The notes under the pieces are model-generated. The model had not been told where the DNA came from. It saw nothing but the letters and a program-made list of their open reading frames with translations, and ran no database searches. DNA of 64,000 nt from Candidatus Spyradenecus sp. (GTDB taxonomy: Bacteria; Verrucomicrobiota; Kiritimatiellia; RFP12; DVOR01): positions 26,846 through 90,845 of the forward strand of contig JAZLBT010000013.1 in assembly GCA_045613865.1 (NCBI GenBank), read 5' to 3'. Position 1 is the stretch's first letter. Every line of letters starts with the position of its first letter. The position numbers and the translations under genes are program-made. This document shows, one piece after another, positions 59,675 to 64,000 of this stretch.

Positions 59675-60478
59675 TTATTCTTCGACAATTTCGATGCCAC
59701 GGAGGTTCTTCACCAAATCACCGGTGACCACCTGCATGCGCAAAACAAGGCGATTTGCACTGTTACGCAAAGCATAGAAGAAGGTCACAGCAGGAATTGC
59801 GACAACGAGACCACCTGCCGTCGTATAGAGTGCCTGCGAAATGGTCAATGCGAGGGAGCTAATTTCAACACCGGTCTGTGCGATCGAGGCGAAGGTCATG
59901 ATCATGCCCTGCACCGTACCCAAGAGGCCCAACATCGGTGCGAGAGAGCCGCACACAGAAATCCAGTTCAAACGCTGCATCATCTGTTCGATTTCGAGGT
60001 CACCAGCGGCACCGATTGCTTCGTCAATCACATCAAAGCCTTCTTCAACGTGAGAGAAGCCTGCCTTCAAGATCTTTGCCATGGAGGAAGGATCATTATC
60101 GCAGATTTCGAGCGCCTTCATCACATCGCCCTGATCCATTGCTTCCTTCACCTGGTCGATCAAGTTCTGAGGCATAATCTTTGCGGGGCGAACGAGAATG
60201 TAGCCGTCAACAATGAAGTAGGCAGCAAAGATACCCGAACCAAAGAGTGCGAACCAAAGGATAATACCGACCATACCCGAACCGAAGACAACGTCAAGGA
60301 AGCTTGTTCCTCCAGCTGCGGGATCTTCTGCAGGTGTCTGCATTGCACTTTCTGCAGCGGGTGCTTCATCTTGAGCATAGACTTGAGGAGCAACAACGGT
60401 GGCACCAAAGAACAATGTCACGATTGCTAAGAATTTCATCATCTTTTTCATGTTTGATTTCCTTGTTTGTTTAACCAA
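59675..60478 (-). CDS. exbB: MotA/TolQ/ExbB proton-channel protein with N-terminal signal peptide/periplasmic extension.
   Basis: Three transmembrane helices with the ExbB signature region (…GLLGTVQGMIMTFASIA…). Cleavable signal-peptide-like N-terminus. Confidence 0.8.
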   Translation of the reverse strand: MVKQTRKSNMKKMMKFLAIVTLFFGATVVAPQVYAQDEAPAAESAMQTPAEDPAAGGTSFLDVVFGSGMVGIILWFALFGSGIFAAYFIVDGYILVRPAKIMPQNLIDQVKEAMDQGDVMKALEICDNDPSSMAKILKAGFSHVEEGFDVIDEAIGAAGDLEIEQMMQRLNWISVCGSLAPMLGLLGTVQGMIMTFASIAQTGVEISSLALTISQALYTTAGGLVVAIPAVTFFYALRNSANRLVLRMQVVTGDLVKNLRGIEIVEE

Positions 60479-60516
60479 TTTAAAAAACGTTTAAGACATT
60501 CACATATAGGCTCAGA

Positions 60517-61317
60517 TTACTTCATCTTTGCCCACCGCGTTTTCGCGCAGTCTCTCTGAAGCAACGCACGCAATTCATTTGCGCGAGCACCATGCCCCAT
60601 ACCCGTGAAAGCCTTTGCGCCCTTGTAAAGGGCCTCTGCATAAGCATCATAGGAGGGGTCATTATAGAGAAGAATGACACGAAGATAACCGACAAGGAGG
60701 GCTTCCTTGTAATTTGCAGTATTTGCACCCTTTGCAAGTGAAGCATTACCACGTGCAACGTAGGCATCAGCAATCACTTCGGGGTTACCCGTTGCGATGG
60801 CTTGTTCTAACTGCTTTTCCAAATCCTTAATCTTGTTCTCAGCAATGAGCGCTTCCCAATAACGCTTTGCGAGGGGACCTTCATACTGCACCTCGGGTTT
60901 CAAACGCGCCTTTTCACGCACGAGTGTGAGGACATCTGCAGTTTTACCCTTCTTGATATAGATTTCTGCGAGCCATGCAGCGGCTTCAATATCATGGGTT
61001 AAATTGTTATACGTCTCAACAATTTCCTTAAGTACGGCCTCAGCGGTGAGATCACCAGCAAGCACTTGCTTAATGGCGGGATCTAATTCCTTCGGACGTT
61101 CGATTTCAAGCTTTTCAACATTGTCAGCTTCGCAGTTCGTAGACGAGCGACCACTCACGATATCGAAACGCTTTGAAGCATTACGCCAAGTGATTTCACC
61201 CTTCATTTCACCGCCATCGAGCGTATAGATAACGCCCTTAGGCTTGGAGATTGCCGCCATCATTGGCATAGCCATACAGGCGGCGAGAGCTAAAAGTGTA
61301 GTACGTGTCATTTTCAT
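60517..61317 (-). CDS. Secreted TPR-like repeat protein.
   Basis: Signal peptide MKMTRTTLLALAACMAMPMMAA. A/L/Y-rich helical repeats. Confidence 0.45.
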   Translation of the reverse strand: MKMTRTTLLALAACMAMPMMAAISKPKGVIYTLDGGEMKGEITWRNASKRFDIVSGRSSTNCEADNVEKLEIERPKELDPAIKQVLAGDLTAEAVLKEIVETYNNLTHDIEAAAWLAEIYIKKGKTADVLTLVREKARLKPEVQYEGPLAKRYWEALIAENKIKDLEKQLEQAIATGNPEVIADAYVARGNASLAKGANTANYKEALLVGYLRVILLYNDPSYDAYAEALYKGAKAFTGMGHGARANELRALLQRDCAKTRWAKMK

Positions 61318-61343
61318 TTTTATTCTCCTCGTCTAAAGGCGCC

Positions 61344-63977
61344 TTAGTTTGCGGTTGCCATAATTGCACGTACGCGCTGAGTGTAGGTGCCTTCGGGGAA
61401 GGTGTCGAGATAAGTCTGACCAATCGTCTTGATATCGGTTGCGAAGCTTGAGCGAGCGGTTGCATCCTTTTCATTATCCATACGATACTTTGCCAATTCC
61501 AAGTAGCCGAGATAAGCCTTTTGGATATAAGGCGAAACGCGAGGATCCTGTTCATTACCAACGAAACCTTCAACCATCATCGCACCGTCAAAGGCGTTCA
61601 TTGCAGAACCAGCAGAATCAAGACGTGTTTCCGAGCCTTCAGGTTCAGCCTCGAAGGTCTTCTGCGCCAATTGAGCCAAGGCGAGCTGAGTCTTTGCCGT
61701 CAATTCAGGATCAGCGATTTGCTTCGAGCCATCCGCATTCAAGGCAACCTTACCTGCAGCATCGCGAGCAACGTTGTTATTCTTAATGAAGGTTTCAGAC
61801 TTCTTTGCATTCGCGATAATCGCGTTACGTTCATCCAACGTTGTTGCATGACGCATTTCTGCAGCGGTGAGATCAATGATTAAGCAGTGTGCACCGAGTG
61901 CAAGCTTGGACTTGCCAAAGGTTGCAAGCATTTCATCTGCGCGCTTACGAGCAGCCGCGACGCTTGCCTTGTCCCCCTTCATCAAGAGCGCCTTGATGGC
62001 GAGTTCTGTACCTTCAAACTTCAATGTCTGAGAAAGATTCTTTGTTGCAAGAAGAGCTTGACATGCTTCAAGCGTCATGTCGGCATCCTTTGCTTCGAAG
62101 AGCTTCTTTGCTGCGTTCAAATACTGACTTGCAGTATATTGACCACCCGACTTGAACATTTCGCGATACTGACGCACCGATTCAGACTTCATACCCATCT
62201 GAGCGAGTGCATCTGCGAGCATCGGGATAGCATTCTGAGCTTCCGCGGAATTGGGGAACTTACGGCGCAAGGTATCCAATGTCTTCTGTGCATTTGCAAC
62301 GCCCTCTTCACCCTGAGTCGTCTGCAAGGTACCCATCTGGAGCAACACTGCAGGGGCGAACTTGCCATTGGGATATTCCTTGAGATAAGCTTCATAGAGA
62401 GCCAAGGTCTTTGCAGTAATCTTATCTGCAGCGGCCTTACCCTTTGCCGTTGCCGTCGAGGGCATCGTGCGTTGTGCGCAGAAGGCCGTCAAATACGTTG
62501 CGGCATCAGCCAAATCACGTCCCTTCTGACGTTCATCAGCGGCCGTAATATACTTACTTTCAGGCGCCTTCAAATCTGCAGCAAGCGCCTTAAAGACAGC
62601 TTCTGCAGCGGCATATGTCTTGCAAATTGTAGCATTCTTAGAACCATCGGTATCATCACGGCGGAGTTCTGTTGCCAATGCAACGAGTGCATTTGCCGTT
62701 TCGTGTTGCGCAACAGCGGCGTAATAACCAGGACGTGCAACGCCCTTGAAGTGATCAACAAGAGCCTTTGCTGCAGCCGTACGTTTCTTCGTATCTGCAC
62801 AAGGGCCCTTCTTGTAAGCTTCGAGAATCGAGAAGCGAGCAGACATACACAAATCGCGCTGCGATTCATCTGCCTTAATTTGTTCAATAATTGCTTCGAG
62901 ATCAGCAATTGCCTTTTCGATATCTTCCTTTGCCGTAGCCGTTTCAACAATGCTCTGAGCGCGCTTCAACTTACGTGCCAATGCGCCAGAGTGGTTGCCA
63001 TAATAACGGAAGAAGGCATTTTCCGATTCCTTCTGAAGATTCGTCAACTTCTTTTCTGCAAGGAAGTCTGCCAATTCACCCAATGCATTACCTGCTTGAG
63101 GTGCGAGCTTTTCATCCTTTGCAAAGGCTTCTGCGAAAGCATTGATGCGCTTGACAGCATCTTTATAACGATCTGCTGGAGCCATTTCCTTATTCGCGCT
63201 ATCAATATAGATGCTTGCCTTGATCATCTTCATCAAGGGGCCCATCATATCAAGTGTATAAGCGCCTTTTTCTGCATCGAGAATTGCCTGATAAGCGACC
63301 AATGCTTCATCAAACTTGTTCGAGTCAAAGAGCATATCCGCATTGATGAACTTCTGACGACGCACCTTTGCACGCGTTTCATCATTTGCTTTAACCGAAA
63401 TCTTCGTCGCGAACTGCTTATCAAGAATTTCCGTCACGCTATCAACAATCTTAATTGCGCCCTCAGCACTTTCCGATTCAGGATAGTTCATGAACACGTT
63501 CACGCAGTGGTGTAATGCACCCTGGTTGTTACGCTTCTTCGTCTTCGGATCGCGTTCACCTAAGAGATAGTCCAACACGAGTTTGCCGTTAGGATCATTC
63601 TTCGTCACCTTGCCACCAGCCTTAGCGATTTGTTCTTCAGCAAGGCGATAGAGCAAGCTACCGAGCAAGTAGCGGCACTTCGGCAACGGCGAAATACGCA
63701 ACAATGCGGGATCCTGTTCACGCAACTGTTCGTGAATCTTATTGAGCATTTCCAAGTAGTCGTCAATCAACAACTGAGCGCCCTTGACGTCGTTCTTCAA
63801 AATGCAAATGTGTGCTTTACCATTGATTGCATCACCGAAGTAAAGATCTTGCGACCAAAGCATTTCTTTGATCAACTTTTCGGCTTCAACAATGTTTGCA
63901 TCACGCTTCGCCTTATCGGTTGTGCGTTCGGCTTGTGCAAGCAAGGCGTTCAAATAATTTGCACGCATTGCCTTCAT
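61344..63977 (-). CDS. Large TPR-repeat protein. The N-terminus may lie beyond the window edge.
   Basis: Multiple Ala/Leu/Tyr-rich 34-residue-like repeats throughout. The track start at 63977 is the first Met, 23 nt from the window end. Confidence 0.5.
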   Translation of the reverse strand: MKAMRANYLNALLAQAERTTDKAKRDANIVEAEKLIKEMLWSQDLYFGDAINGKAHICILKNDVKGAQLLIDDYLEMLNKIHEQLREQDPALLRISPLPKCRYLLGSLLYRLAEEQIAKAGGKVTKNDPNGKLVLDYLLGERDPKTKKRNNQGALHHCVNVFMNYPESESAEGAIKIVDSVTEILDKQFATKISVKANDETRAKVRRQKFINADMLFDSNKFDEALVAYQAILDAEKGAYTLDMMGPLMKMIKASIYIDSANKEMAPADRYKDAVKRINAFAEAFAKDEKLAPQAGNALGELADFLAEKKLTNLQKESENAFFRYYGNHSGALARKLKRAQSIVETATAKEDIEKAIADLEAIIEQIKADESQRDLCMSARFSILEAYKKGPCADTKKRTAAAKALVDHFKGVARPGYYAAVAQHETANALVALATELRRDDTDGSKNATICKTYAAAEAVFKALAADLKAPESKYITAADERQKGRDLADAATYLTAFCAQRTMPSTATAKGKAAADKITAKTLALYEAYLKEYPNGKFAPAVLLQMGTLQTTQGEEGVANAQKTLDTLRRKFPNSAEAQNAIPMLADALAQMGMKSESVRQYREMFKSGGQYTASQYLNAAKKLFEAKDADMTLEACQALLATKNLSQTLKFEGTELAIKALLMKGDKASVAAARKRADEMLATFGKSKLALGAHCLIIDLTAAEMRHATTLDERNAIIANAKKSETFIKNNNVARDAAGKVALNADGSKQIADPELTAKTQLALAQLAQKTFEAEPEGSETRLDSAGSAMNAFDGAMMVEGFVGNEQDPRVSPYIQKAYLGYLELAKYRMDNEKDATARSSFATDIKTIGQTYLDTFPEGTYTQRVRAIMATAN

Positions 63978-64000
63978 TGCCTGTTCATTCGCGGCATTAG

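Noticed and set aside
61887-63515. A 542-aa plus-strand ORF (Cys/Leu/Arg-rich) within the TPR gene region.
   Set aside because: It is antisense to the 877-aa TPR-repeat CDS. Its composition is extreme (Cys ~10%, Arg/Leu/Phe-heavy), typical of a reverse-frame artefact.

Overview
This 64-kb window looks like chromosomal sequence from an anaerobic member of the Planctomycetes–Verrucomicrobia–Lentisphaerae type of lineage. That call rests on three eukaryotic-like Ser/Thr kinases, secreted glycoside hydrolases carrying discoidin/PA14 modules, rubrerythrin, a TlpA-like thioredoxin and a HydE-like radical SAM enzyme. Genes are densely packed and often overlap by 1–4 nt.

**Gene content.** From left to right:
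- A 5'-partial unknown gene and an Rsm22-like methyltransferase.
- A secreted GH31 alpha-glucosidase-type enzyme with a C-terminal F5/8 discoidin domain.
- A long minus-strand array: unknown secreted protein/lipoprotein pair, thiamine pyrophosphokinase, a DUF318/ArsP-type permease fused to a heavy-metal-associated domain, a parvulin PPIase, an NSS-family sodium symporter and a GH2-like hydrolase.
- A 14-gene minus-strand array: RsmC/RlmG-like methyltransferase, sirtuin, HExxH membrane protein, Ser/Thr kinase, AroB-like dehydroquinate synthase, HydE-like radical SAM, IspF, an MBL-fold hydrolase, a MiaB-family methylthiotransferase, a lytic-transglycosylase-like protein and two more Ser/Thr kinases.
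- A 1.7-kb AT-rich ORF-free island full of short repeats (33.0–33.5 kb), exactly at a divergent strand switch.
- Then, on the plus strand, pheT, an Mla-like ABC/MCE lipid-transport operon with a STAS–MlaE fusion, a tRNA-Gly/Leu/Val cluster, MoxR–DUF58, L-serine dehydratase and pyrE.
- Finally a TonB gene leading an operon with a 1,190-aa transglutaminase-like/PA14/discoidin protein and an O-methyltransferase; a UPF0371 / TlpA / rubrerythrin / D-aminoacylase group; and a TPR–TPR–exbB–exbD–exbD operon ending in a TonB-like protein whose C-terminal domain is replaced by a prenyltransferase/terpene-cyclase-like repeat module.

I found no transposase, integrase or CRISPR array.

**Best candidates for something new.**
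- The repeat-laden AT island (possible replication origin or regulatory hub), which shares a GTTTGA/TCAAAC half-site motif with a tandem 22-bp repeat array upstream of the GH31 gene.
- The ExbBD + TonB-like–prenyltransferase-fold system.
- The TonB + transglutaminase/PA14/discoidin + O-methyltransferase operon.

All calls come from reading the ORF translations and the DNA by eye. No database searches were run.
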